Source: Phoronis australis
Taxonomy: Eukaryota; Animalia; Phoronida
Reading direction: 5' to 3'
NCBI GenBank assembly: GCA_002633005.1
Contig: NMRA01000246.1
Span: 13,240 to 77,239 of the forward strand
DNA length: 64,000 nucleotides
Made by a program: the position numbers and the translations under genes
In this document: positions 37,344-50,300 of the stretch, piece after piece
Position numbering within the stretch: the first letter of the stretch is position 1
How the letters are laid out: every line of letters begins with the position of its first letter
The notes under the pieces: generated by a model
Seen by the model: the letters and a program-made list of their open reading frames with translations, nothing else
Told to the model about the DNA's origin: nothing
Databases searched by the model: none

Positions 37344-37793
37344 ATGCTTTTGAGCTCCAAGACGACCATCATGGTCTGGATTAAGATGATCAAAATTTAT
37401 TTGAGCCTCGACTCAAAAACAGACAAAATACCGTCCCATTCGCATTAATTTTGAATAGTAAAGCTGCATTTCGCCCTGTTTAACTGGCTAAAAAACGAAA
37501 ATCAAATTAGGCAATTTACTGTCATAAAATAGGTCTCATAATTTCCCTTACCGTGATAGGATTCTATGCCCGTATCCAACAAGAACGTTGGAGCCATCAG
37601 TGATTCAAGAAAACGCTTCGAAGACTTTACTGGAGTTAGCTGTCTCTAAAATTGTGAATTCCACAATAGCGCCTTGCCCACGACTTGAGTTGGTAAAGTA
37701 AATGGAGTCCCGTCACGTTAAGGGATATTACCAGAGCAAATTTGAGAGAATGAAGGCCTAATTCAAGTTTTTTACCCAGGTAATCAAGGCAAA

Positions 37794-40700
37794 ATGCAGC
37801 TAGAATTAACTCAAAGTGTGACAAGCGATTGCTCAGTTTTTCAGTTGTGTGAGTAAAGTTTGGTGGTCATTTGAACTTGCTTGTCCAAATTTTGGAAAAA
37901 GTCCTTGATTGTGCCTTTCTCTACCGATATTTTAAGTCCATTTCTTAATCTGTTGGCTGTTGTTCGCAAGTAATGTTTTAAAGATGAGCTTTATGAAAGA
38001 ACACGGGATATTTATAATTGGCGACTCTTGATCGTACCGTCTCTATTAATAAGAAACAAAACCTCTACAGTAAACACGTTAGGTGAGTGACGCAAAAGTG
38101 TACACTGAACTTGAGACTATTACAACTTCGGAGAGTCAATGTGATCCTCCCTATTTCTAATCCTCTTACAGCCAATGGAACGGAAGCTGTCGATCTATTG
38201 AACACCACACCAAGGCTTCTCGAAGGTGAACGAGATTTTTTGGGCTAAATATCTAAAGTCGCTTGAAGTAATGTTCTGGGCCCGTGAACCTAATCTTTGT
38301 ACGTGAAATCGAACTCATTATAATTGTCTATTAGCCTGTGCTCGATTACTTTATCATTTAGGTGGGTAACTGTCGATTCCTAGACTGGTGTTGATGACCT
38401 CAGCATTAAAAGGAAAATCTCAAATTTCAACTCAAAGTCTCCAGTTCTTTACGAAATCTCGAGTTTTGTCAGCGTAAATCCTAATTCACTCGAACACAGA
38501 GCAGTTGATAGTTAACTTGAGTTTGTATTAAAGTGGGATAGAAAAGGTAAAAAATATTTTAGTGTTGGATTTCGGGTACAAAGAATAGACGCCGGGCCCT
38601 TGTGTCTGTTTTATAAAAGGGACTTAAGACTTAACGCAGCAATTGCTCTTACTCTCCCATTTCGCAATTAAAGGTTTAGCAAAGCTTTTATGAGCGTATC
38701 GCATGTACAAACAGAACCTATCTCTGTAGACTTTACACTTTTGTAAAAGATTTGGGGAATTTTTCTTACCCGGATAGAAGACCGTGATTCGTTACGATGT
38801 ATATCTTACAAGAATCAGCAATTTGCATTTAGGCCATATTATTCGCCAAACTCGAGTTCAGAAACTTGAACTGAACAACCACACGTTGTATGAATAGGTG
38901 TGTGTCGTATCGAGCAGTGTCAGCACACATTTTCAATACGTTTCTATTTGTTTCTGATTCTTAAATGCATCAGTATTTCTCTTACAGCAAACGAAACAGA
39001 AGTTGTTGATCTGTTAAATACAACACCAAGGCTTCTCGAAGGTAAGCTATATTGTTTTATATTATTAATGACAAACATCGTCACAAGACAGATGCCGATG
39101 TAGCATTAAATTTTGACCTCGTGAAAATGATTTTGTATCGATTACTAGCGTATTTTTTCGCCACAGAAAAATAATTAGGCTGTACGTACGAGATGTTGAG
39201 TTGTACTTAAGAGATAAGAAGTCGTACACGTATGCACGAAATAATATGTCATGCGTACGAGATAGTAAGTCTTACCTACGAGATACGAAATTGAGGCAAT
39301 ATCCGGTTGGCTACGTCTATTTAACTAAGTATGGCGGCTTTATTTGAACCCATACAGAAAAGACATTGCGTGACACAGTTTTGGAAGGATTCAAGTAATT
39401 CCCAGTGTATAGTTGAATGTATCCACAAAATTGCATTTTTAGACAAGATGTTGGTTCTGACACATTATGGGCGGCGCAGCACTGAAAAAATTGAGGGGCT
39501 AAAGCCCCCCAGCCCGGCCCTGTGGTGCACCGCCCAAGCACATGGAAGGTAGCTCGCCGTATAGCTGTTGTTGGCTTTCGAGAGCTTAAAAGAGAATGCC
39601 ACCCGATTTAATTAGTCTTTTTTACCGTCTTCATCGGTCTATATCCACATCGCCTCGCATACGGTCGACCTTACCTTGCCGAGAGGTGTCGCGTTAACCC
39701 AGTGTGAGGAAGGTGAGACGTGACGCAGCAACATCAGTGGTTCATTTGCAGAGTGAATGCCGCTATGTTGCGATGCATCGTTCCCGCTTGTCCGAACCGT
39801 ATGCAGCTGCGAGGAAAGCGGGTTTTTCGACTCCTCGAGAGTCCGAAATGCTTAGGAAGTGGCTCGCGGTAGTGAAGAATGAAAAGTACGCTATAAATAG
39901 CAAGTATGAGGTAGTGAAACATCTCCGAGTCTGTGGACTGCGTCGTCGACAGTGAGTCTGATGCCGGCTTACCAAATAACTATCCATACGTAAAGTTCCT
40001 GAGCTTGTTCACGAAGTCTTCGTCGGATGAGGTCTATTCTAAGTCGGGATTGCCAGTTGCCATGTTGACGTTTATTACTGAGCGTTCTGTTTCAAAATGA
40101 ATTATTCTCACCCTAACCAATACTTATATAAAACTGAAACAAAGTCTGTCTCATTAGATGCAATTTGTTATGCCTTTGGAGTGTTCGTGAGTGCAAATGA
40201 TACTGCGTTACCGGCTTTAGGTGCAATAAAACTAGTTGACCGGACACCAATGCCGTGTGAGCACATGCTCATTCAGCGTTTGCTGCCAGAAACTGTTGTG
40301 AAACAATAACTCGATTTTCTATCACACGGCCAGGTGTTAGGGGAATCTTTATGTGCCTATATATTATTCAAATAATGATTATCAATGTACAACTTCTGCC
40401 CTGACGGTTCTGTGGCCTAAGGGGAACATGAATTCGCGGCCCCCGACGAGTAAGTAGATTTGCAGTTTTGGCTAATTCACCAACATAATCACGTGCCCAT
40501 TAGGCCTACTTCTTTGGCTCACTAGTATAGTATTTTCTTGACTGGAAGTTTAGTTTACAACTTTGGCTGGTTTATGTTCGTGATGTCTTCAGTCCGGCCG
40601 CGACGGACCTAATCGCGGGTTCCGAGCCACTGGCCGGATAACAAGCGTTTTGTGTGTTTAGAACTCAAAAAATCACAAGTCTAAACAAAAAACAGACCTA

Positions 40701-41822
40701 GGTTCTCCTGTCTGTATTTCACGGAAAAATACTTCGAATATATCTCCAAACAGACCCCAAACTCCTGCTACGGATCTTGGTAAATTGGTCTGCAGAACTT
40801 CAATTGTAGGCATGTGTGTCCTAATACCAACAAATCCGTAAGAGCAAAATAAAACAACACGTTTTTATAAGAACTCGGTGAATTTTTAATGGTTTTACAT
40901 CGAATTTTGATGATTTATTGGTGTTAAACGATGAATTAAAGCGATAATCTGACACCAGTAATCCGTGTTGTGAACTGCTGAACAGACTACCGTGGTGTGA
41001 ATCCAATGACGTCATTGGATAATTTCAACACCTCCGTCTGCCGTCAGGTGTCAGGTAACGCAACCGTACGTGCCCTTATCGAGTAGAACTACTCGATCTA
41101 AATTGATACAAATTAGGTTGTTTTTTGGGTGGCATGCTCCTTTAAGTACAATGCAATAAACCTTGCTTCGTGCTTTGTAGAAGAGGTTGCGTGGGTAATG
41201 GTACATACGATAACATTCCTCACTGGTTTACTGCGTGGGTGAAGAAAACAGGCAGATCATCACAAGTGCATTAAATGACATAGGCATCGTCGATCAAAAT
41301 GCTTTAAATTAATAGATGTGCTTGACGTCTCTTTGTCTTTTTCTCCAACAATCCTAAGTTAATTGTGAATTGCTTTACAAAAGAGTAGGATGGGAGACTT
41401 TTCCTTGGAAACTCCCTACAAATGGTCATTCTCTCAGTGGGTGGGTACCCTAATTTTGANNNACCCCCCCCCCCCCCCACGTCAAAAGTATCGTCGGGTA
41501 GCCTATTTCATGTTCTAACGACGAAACAATGGAAGTTCAGCGTCTTTAGTTCGTAATTATTTGACGTTTTACGTACATTTGTGACATTTCATCGTGACAT
41601 GATACATAAAATGTTACTTCAAATATTGCATATGATGTTTATTGTGTCGTCTTATGTGCAAGTTATCGTGGAGCTGGATTTTAATTACGTTTTGGATTTG
41701 AACTTCTAGGTGTGCAAAGCGACCCCTTTACGACGCCGCTGTACTACGACACTAGGAACAACTTGGAGTACGAGCCCAACACTCGCTTCACAGAGAATAA
41801 TGTGCCTTTGACTGAGTTATGA
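37794..41822 (+). CDS. Candidate micro-exon gene encoding a 106-aa secreted or surface glycopeptide (exons 37794-37848, 37937-37969, 38071-38082, 38172-38225, 38988-39041, 41710-41822)
   Basis: All junctions are GT-AG and phase 1, and splice into one open frame: MQLELTQSVTSDCSVFQLFHFLICWLLFAINTL-ANGTEAVDLLNTTPRLLE-ANETEVVDLLNTTPRLLE-GVQSDPFTTPLYYDTRNNLEYEPNTRFTENNVPLTEL*. The two 54-nt paralogous exons are the best-supported part. AATAAA at ~42006. Confidence 0.55.
39466..39538 (-). mobile_element. 73-bp hAT-like MITE with 5-bp TSD (CACAT)
   Basis: Inverted copy of the 17158 family with cacat on both flanks. Confidence 0.8.
39590..41141 (+). mobile_element. Kolobok-type DNA transposon, non-autonomous, with a THAP-domain remnant
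   Basis: TTAA TSDs at 39586-39589 and 41142-41145; TIRs aagagaatgccaccc / aggagcatgccaccc. A frameshifted THAP domain (MLRCIVPACPN...TPRESEMLRKWLAVVK...HLRVCGL) lies at 39765-39945. Confidence 0.85.
41460..41478. other. Small assembly gap (nnn) next to a poly-C run
   Basis: Direct reading. Confidence 1.
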
Positions 41823-42305
41823 GCGAGGGATGTCGTTTTTGAAAGACTTTACGGGAAGGACTGGATCCCGTGATTGTCAATACTAATGCCGCTTAGTTGT
41901 TTCTGGTACAACACGGATATGGAGCGTCCTTAAACATTGGCAAAAATATCCTAAGGCGTCTGTGGCGTGGAAAAAATCTTTAAAACAGTAATCCTTTCAC
42001 GTGACAATAAAATGAGTGACCCGGCGGTTGTCCATGATCATTGCCAATAGTTTGACCCTGTGAACGCAACACGTCACAACAAGGCCTCCAACACACAAAC
42101 CAGTGGCAATGGGGAAACGAAAGGCTCAGTTATATTGTTTTCACTTACTTATTGTTCATCACGAATCTTCTTGCTGATCGACACTTGCTCACCTGATCAT
42201 GATTCCTTATCCGGTGAATAAACAGGGGGCGTTCCGTAAACGCAACTCGCGAACAAGCAAGATCATGCACGACTACGCAGAATCACACTAAACAGCTCAT
42301 TATTC

Positions 42306-42555
42306 AAAATGACTTATTCTTATTAAAATGACACAGGCAAAAATTGAAGTTCGGGCCTCAAAAGCGAGACCTCCTATATTAATATAGGGACCTCGCCGAA
42401 AGGCGGCCGGAGAGCGGGGCCCTCTTAAATAATATATGAGCCCCGCTGTCTGGTTACCTTTCTACGGGGCCGCCTATTTTCATACAGGGGGCGTCGCTTT
42501 TGACGCCCGAAATTAAATTTTTGCCTATGTCATTTTAATGAGAATAAGTCATTTT
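42306..42555. repeat. 250-bp near-complete palindrome (foldback/MITE-like)
   Basis: Arms aaaatgacttattcttattaaaatgacacaggcaaaaatt...agcggggc and gccccgct...aatttttgcctatgtcattttaatgagaataagtcatttt pair over almost the whole length, around a short AT-rich loop. Confidence 0.9.
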
Positions 42556-45500
42556 AAATTATAAGCTGTTACTAATAAGTGCTTCTCAAGTTGGCACGGG
42601 GCCATAACACCGTATCCCAGCAAAAAATGGGCATTGAAGTGTTTGGCTGGTGAAGTTGGACAGCTCAAGTTTAATCGTGGGATAGAATTCGCTGGTGTCC
42701 AAGTACTTTGCGCGTGTCTAGGTAACGTAACCCAGCGTGCACGAGACTCTCGATCAGTGAAAGTAGTGCGATCACGTGCTTCGCTTGTAATTTGCAACTC
42801 GGAGGACATGTTTCAGTCTGAGTCTACGGAATGCAGTCCGCTTGTCAAGGTGACAGCTGGTTTCCGCATGTGAAAGGATATTACACACGACTGAGCATTG
42901 TGCACAGTTTTCAATTCTAACGTTTTACTACTTGATGTTTGTCACAGATAGCATTTTGCTGTTTTAATATCATCAAATTTTAATGAGCTATGAGTACATT
43001 TTCAAAGAATTTACTCTTTCCGCTTCATTTTAGTCAAAAACTTCACCAGAACGGGTTTTGACGCAGGTTAGTTCAGTCGAGGCTTGAGATCAATGAATTG
43101 CTTATTCAACGTAACTCCGAATATTTTCAAACTAAATTGAATTAAATGTGAACTTGTGGTTCAATTTTTGTTTTTGGTGGTGCACCACCACCTAAAATAG
43201 CCACCAATGTGAGTGACAGCTGACTCATGCATTATGGGTACTCACTCAACTGCCACCACATGCCGTTTCCACCTAAACCCCTGATCCACTTTTAAATGAA
43301 TTAATAATAAAATAAAACAAACACAAATGGAAATGAACGTTACGAGATGTTTACATTTCAGTGAAGGACAAAACACATCCTGTGTTCTAAATTGGTAAAT
43401 ATAAATACACAAAACGTACCGAGAGTGGCTGGGTTCACATTTTTACACTAAATTGATTTACTTCAATTTTGTAAAACGCGTATTACTTCAAACAGAAAAC
43501 AGCTCATGGAAGCCTCACTGGCAACTCAGGAATGCAAGACGAGACATGGGCATCCTGCCAGTCAATGATGCAATTTACACTTAATAGATGGCGCAACAAC
43601 TGGACGTAAACCCATTTGCATTCTAGACCTGCATCTGACGGGTCTGTTTCTTTTTGAAAAACCTGTACCACGAATGATCCAGAAAGCAGATCATTACATT
43701 CACATTCATATTGTGCAAATAAATTGTGCTACGTGATAATCTAATAAATACCAGACTATAAAAATAGAGGAACGAGCATCGACAATAATACAGTAGCTAA
43801 GATTAACGAAGTTTAGAACTAGATAAAAACAGAAACAGAAAGAGAAGACTCAAAAGTAGGGAAATTTGAAGTCATCCAGGGAGTCACTGATACTCAATAA
43901 AAATCGACATGATTTGCAGATGTTTTGATTTGGATGTAATAGTCTCAAATATTTTCGGAGGTATAACCGAGTACCTTGCTGCCCGTATCAGAACTAAACA
44001 GACCGCAGTGACAACCGGACAATTGAAACTCTAACTCAGTCTTAGTGGCGATATCATGTGAACATGTCGTGTGGGATCAGTTACACTCTATGGATGTCAC
44101 TTCAGACAAGGCACCAAGTGGAACACTGAGCGAAAGATGAACGTTCTAAAATGTGATAGAGCATCAATACTAGTAGACGTCATCTCGTTACAGTAACGAG
44201 GTAAATATCTCGCTAGGGCTCACAACATACTGATGTACATTTTAAACCAACACTCCTGCAATTAGGCAACTTTTTAGAAGAAAAGATACACCAGGCTTCG
44301 AGGGAATGAAATTTAGAAGATAAAAAGAAGTCTTGTGGAGTCACAATATTTGCCAAGTAAAAACTTTGTCGGGTCACCAAGGAGTCACTACAGCAGCAGC
44401 ATTTATTTTCATAAAAATGCGTCAGTTTTTAAACAGTTAAAACAGTATTGGGGGTACTTGACATCGATCTATTAGTGTAGAACCAAGAGCAACATGCAAA
44501 TTACAACTGCTGTTAATAGGTGGCGTTATAGTATTGCTGAACCCAGTTCCGTTGCTTCTGTCGGCACTGTATGAGGGAAAATCGGGTTTTGCCAAAAGAC
44601 GTTTAGGTCTTAACCACGGTATATTTGAGCCCGAGATTCAATTGGTGTTATTGGGCATAAAATTTAGAAAACGAAACTTACTGTATGTGTGATTTGGCCA
44701 GAAGCACACAATTACCTTTTGAAGTAAACCTGTATAAAAGGGTGTTCCTGTGTAGGGACAAACCCTGTGACAGAGGATAGAAACATTCCAAATCGTCATC
44801 GACAAAACTCCGACTAAACTGGTCAAGCAAGCCATATTTTATGTGTCGTGTTTCTTCTCGACATATCTCGTGTTTTTGGTAGTCTGGCTCTTTACTTTTT
44901 GTGACAAATTATTCTGGCTATAATAGTAAAGGGCCCTGGATGACTCGGAAATTAAATGCGGCAATGCATTTACTGTACACATTTCTGCTGTTGATTTCTT
45001 TATAGATCCATTGATTTATTAATTTATTTAACATAGACTGACAATAAAATAGTAATCCAACCTCAGTGGAACAAAGGAATGCGGAATGACAGGTTCATGT
45101 ATTTTCTGATCACCAATCGCCATTACATCAAATCAGCTCTAAATTCGACAACTTTACACTAGAGAACTGACTCGTTTATACCAGTATACAATCTGCATGG
45201 TAGGAAAAGGGAAATCGAACGATTATATTTTATCAATTAGCACCAGGAACAACACACGTAGTCATGTGCTACACAGTAAGATGACAAACCAGAATCTTTT
45301 TTGGAATTTGTGTCGGTCCAAATTTTTACGTTCTGCGTGCATGAACTTCAGTCCAGGAGCTTAGTACTTCATAATGACGTCGTTGGCAGTTAGGGAGGGG
45401 GATTGTCCAGATGAATTCCTAGATAATTAGTAGTTTTCGCAGATTCTGTTTTCACCTCATTTAATTTTTAAACCATTTGGATTAACCAGTTTTCAAATTG

Positions 45501-46899
45501 AACAAAAATGCTCTCTATAACAAAACATGTTTTGTAGGTAGTTTTGTTGTTTGGCAATACACGCATATAGCTAGTTACCTGGATTTCTGATTGCAAGTTC
45601 TTGAGTGTATGTTCGAAAATATCACTTGCCTGCATGTATATGGCTCTTGTAGTACGCGTGAGTGCGACCGCTGGCTGGGATGAAAGTGCTTTGAACAGGT
45701 GTAAACATGGTTCGACACGTAAACTGTTGGAAAGAAATCGAAATGTTTTCGCCAAAAACAGTCTATATGGGTTCACAAACATTGATAGAAAAGTGTCACC
45801 TCGTACATGCCCTTCACCGTGGCCTGACGCTTGGGAAACAACATGTATCAAGTAAATTTCAAATCAGTATAACAGACTGCCACAGTCTGGAAGTAGTCTT
45901 AAGAACCCATGTGCACGGATAAATTCGAAAAAATGTTTAATGTGTGCGGGCACAATGCATTTATGAAGAGATGGGCGTGTTCCTTTGATGAAAAAGGACT
46001 GTAGGACAGAAAATACCTATCTGGCAAACTGGAAACGGCCCGATGTCAGGACTAGCGAACTAGATCTTGAACCCGTTTTAGTTCAGTAACAGTCGTGCCC
46101 TTGGCAAGTTTCCTAACTCAAATAATCCTTATTTGTTCATTTTGGTGTTTTCAAAAACATTGCATATGGCGTTGATTGCACCTTTGCATATCCGCAGAAA
46201 ATAAATTTACTTTCACCAGCTACACCAAATGAGTCTCAGTGAAAGATAACACTTAAGCAGCATTTAAAAAATAGCAACTCTTTGAGAACTGGCGTTTTGA
46301 CTATTAATTTGCAAGTCAATCAAAATTGTTTATTATCGTTCAACAATGGCGGCCAGTTTGTTGATGCATCACAGAAATTCAAAAATAAACACAAGAAATT
46401 ATTTATTGTTGTGAACACGGGGGTAAACCAAATCTTTAAACAAAAAGAAAGCTTTTCTCAGTCATTTCAGAGGCACTCTGAAGAAATTCGCTACTGAACG
46501 AAGCTAATGAGATGACGTGCTTCGCTTGTAATACCTGGAGATATCTCGCGTGCCCTTGGGTTTTCTAAGTTCTAGCATCTACGGAACGCACACGTGGTCT
46601 TTGTCGGGAGTCACATTCTGGCAAATTTCGACAGGCTCATTTTGAGAAACTCAGGCCTATCCTAATGCTCTAAAAATATGCCGGCAAAATAACCGTTTTC
46701 AATGTTTACAGGTATGTAACAAAAACAAGATATTAGATTTCGTCATTCATTCACAGCATATCACTGCCGGGACGCTAGGTTTTCACTATGAAGCCGAATT
46801 TTTGGTTGTCTGTCTGAGTATGTTCGTAATTTATGTACCCAATTAATGAATTTACCCCACAATCATTATTTCACGGTGGTAATTTACGCACCAGCCATG

Positions 46900-47299
46900 A
46901 GTACTGATATTCAGCATTTTCCCGCGATATTCGCAGCCCGTCTGCTACTACTGAAGTACGCATGACAGGAAGTAACTCGCTGGGGAAAAGACGTCAAAGT
47001 TGAGTGGGTTTCGTATTGGAAAACAAATCGTGCTAATTTACGAAGTGAATGTACTACTTACGGGTTTGAGGAAATACTTCACCTCAACATGTGAGCACAA
47101 GGTGTATTGCAGAGTCGGATACATCACTTCAAGTGCCTTTTAAGCTAGATTTGACGTAAATATTTCAGCTTTGTTGACGGCGATTTTTCCTCCGTTTTCG
47201 CCCAACAACTTCACTGGTCAGGACAGAACGAACTTGTGACTCGGCCCCGAACAGCGCTAACAAATGATTAGTTAAAGGTTACTTCAGCTTCAGTGGAGC
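46900..47299 (+). promoter_or_regulatory. CpG-enriched probable promoter/5'UTR of the Caskin-like gene
   Basis: Locally CpG-rich region directly upstream of the ATG, with an ETS-like caggaagt (~46966) and a CRE-like gacgtca (~46990). CpG drops sharply downstream of exon 1. Confidence 0.4.
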
Positions 47300-47393
47300 A
47301 TGGCTAAAGATCAGGATATTATAGAAGCTGTGCGTGAGCAAAACTTGGAAGTTTTACATAAAATTTTGCTAAAGAATAAGCCTGGGAAGTCCA
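47300..47393 (+). CDS. CASKIN: First coding exon of a Caskin-like ankyrin-repeat scaffold protein
   Basis: MAKDQDIIEAVREQNLEVLHKILLKNKPGKS plus a phase-1 gtaagt donor; aligns with the Caskin N-terminus as I recall it (MGKEQELVQAVK..D.....RLL.RPRPGKA). ANKS1 is the alternative. Exon 2 was not found in the window. Confidence 0.75.
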
Positions 47394-50300
47394 GTAAGTA
47401 TAGTCGTTTTTTACTACTAATATAACTCGACTTTTTGTTTCTCATACAGAACTGACTTAACATAAATTTCATTGAGTATCCTATGCTAAACAAATATATC
47501 TTTTAACACAACTTTCCTGTGAAGGTGTATCCCTGTGGAAATTTGGCCATTTTTTCTATTTGTTCCTGAAAACCATGTACCAACAGAAGTATATGTAATA
47601 ACTGTCTGGTCTGACACACGGGTGGATATTATGACATTTAGGCCTACCCTTTTGATCAGAGTGTGTATAAAGTCGAGTCCAATTTCCTATTAAGTCTAAA
47701 CCTACGTATCATCCTAACACCAAACATACAGTATGTCAAGAAGCCCTCTTCTGTTGTCTATTAATATTATATCTGACTCACTTGTTTTTATTTGACTAAC
47801 ACTTCATGTGTAAAAAGCCAATGTTTACACAAGTCACTGGAGGCCGTATTTTGTCTAGGTATGACCTTTTGTATGCCTCTGGGTTCTCATACCTAAATGA
47901 TAACATCCGTCCCAGACCATATATTATATTACTGATATGTTCTCTGGTCAAAAACAAAGAATGGCTTAGATAAATAGTGACGGACAGGTAGAAACTAACT
48001 GTCAAACTTTAATGTACTGACACACTTGAATTCAGTGCTGAAGGCTTGGTCATTTTTATTAGCTTTAACAAGTTTGTGTTGATGCCTTGGAGGTGGTATA
48101 CATCTTTGAGTTTTGCATGATGGCACGATTTACTTCACGCCAGCTTCACCTGTGTGTGGTAGAACATTCTTTCTGTGTATACAAGGCCAAGTGTATCACC
48201 TGAGTACATTAATTTTGCATGAATGCGAACTGTGAAGTAACAACTTGAGATTTATTTATGAATCTCGCACTTGATTTCCTTTGTTAGTGTTGAGGTAATC
48301 CTTCCGTAGAGGTCTGATTAAAGCTTTTGTTGGGTCACTTCCAGGTAATCAATAATCAAGTTGAGATATGAATAAAGTCCAAATGAAGCGTTTCAAAAAT
48401 TTCCCAATTTGGAACATTGGTTGAAGTTGTCTCAAAATTTCTGAAGCTTGCTAATTATTGTGTGTCATTGGAAATACAAAAGTTGGAATAAACTGTAACT
48501 AATTTTCAAAATTTTTGTAAGTGGATGGGGACATCTTCCTTATCGGTGATTCAATTTTCTTTTCCACTTTCCAACAGTATGTAGAGTCCAAAATTGAGAA
48601 ACATTACAGTACCAGTAAAATAAAATGTACCCTTGTTCCCTTTGCGAGAAGAAAAAAAATCACTTCCAGTTCTGGTATACCAATTAATATAACTGTTATT
48701 ATATAATCATCCTAAAAATGTCATAAGTTCATTTAAACTTTTGACAGTTTGTTAAATTTTACAATCGGAGCTGATGAGTATTTAACTCTTTATTGGTTCC
48801 TCTCAAAGACCGTAATTTTCCTACCAATGGGCAATGAGGCTAGTTCTTAGCAATGGGTTATTGGCTTTGGTTGATAACTGTTATTGAGAATTTTTTGATG
48901 TACTGTCATAGGCTGTGGAAACATTTCCACATTGATCCTCTGAATCTCAATCCTAAACCGAGATACACCAAGCCTGCAGTGCATTTCATGCCCCTAATTT
49001 CCTCAAACATGCACACACACACACACACGCCCACATTCGGTACTCACATCCCTGATAATACTCCATACCTGCCATTCCATACTCGAGGCCATATTCTAGA
49101 TTGGATCCATGGGTGTGGAAGAAGAATCTGGTCCTAGGGTGTGGAGTTTGGTTACCGAGTAAAATGAGTGTTTTGGGTATGCGTGTGCCTGTGTTGTTAA
49201 GGGGTGCGGTTATGGAATTTGGGAATTTAGGGATAAAAGCTGTATTTTAGAGGTTAAGGCATGGAATGGTTTCCTTTTTGCATTTCTGGCGGGTTGACAT
49301 GTAGTCTGTAGGTCATTGGCATTACTGGACTCTACCCTGGTCACAGTCTCCCTAACATTCCAGGGCTATTCATGATGCCAGTCAGGGGTACTCTCACACC
49401 AAGTACCTTTTCAATAGCAAGATACACTGTGCAGTGTGTTGATTACACTCCCACTTCTGTTCAGCCACTGTCCACTGTATTGTTGGACTTCATTGTGCAT
49501 ACCTGTCCAGTGGCAGTTTGCCATACCTGGACTGATTGCTTTTGTTCATGCATGACACAGGTAGATTTGCCCATTAATCACCTACTCCCTAACAGGATTC
49601 TTTGCTTTCTTATGTAATTCGGGTTCCTCACCTGGGACATACATTTAGAATGGCCATGATGCCTAGACTGGTGGAATTAGTCAAAGTATTACCCTGGCAC
49701 ATTTGTCACCTGGGTACAGTACCAAGGAAGCTTTTGTATCCTTATGTAATTGACAGTTTGGCACCTTGTTCAAATTTACCTCACAAAGTTTGTGGCCATT
49801 ATCAGTGGTGAGTCACAAGTTATTAGCCTGGCCACAGATCCACTGACATATTGTTTGATTTAGTGGGGTGTAAAGAAATTAACTCCAGATTTGTGTTGAA
49901 TCCTGTGTCCTCCTTATCTGTTTTAGAACTCTGGTGATGTATACTGTATGTGAGTTAGCAAAATTTAATACACATATGACCTCAACAATGCCAAGTTATC
50001 CATTTCCATGTTACATATTGCATATCTAATGCTTCTCTACCGGCCTAACATGTGCTAAACATGTGCTTAACATTAAATTTCCTACTAGTGAAATAAACTA
50101 CATGAATTGATTTAATGAAGGTTATGTATTAAACAAAACATACAGGTGTATGTTGACAAGCAAGCTAATGTGTTGATGATAAATGAGACTTAACTCATTG
50201 TGGTACAAAGCTGACTGCATCACATGGGATGTTCTTTTACATGTGTTTATGCATGCTACACAGACTTCTTATTTCAATGAACATCGAAGCAAAAGGTCAG

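Noticed and set aside
38355-38372. Extra micro-exon candidates (ttag|gtgg|gtaact here; also ~40159-40187 and ~41181-41194)
   Set aside because: Lengths are not multiples of 3 and would break the frame; one lies inside the Kolobok element.
40405-40640. tRNA/SINE-like A-box and B-box fragments
   Set aside because: Boxes are ~200 nt apart with no cloverleaf; insufficient support.
46085-46125. Short match to a SINE core-like motif (gtgcccttggcaagtttcctaac)
   Set aside because: Too short, with no Pol III head or tail.
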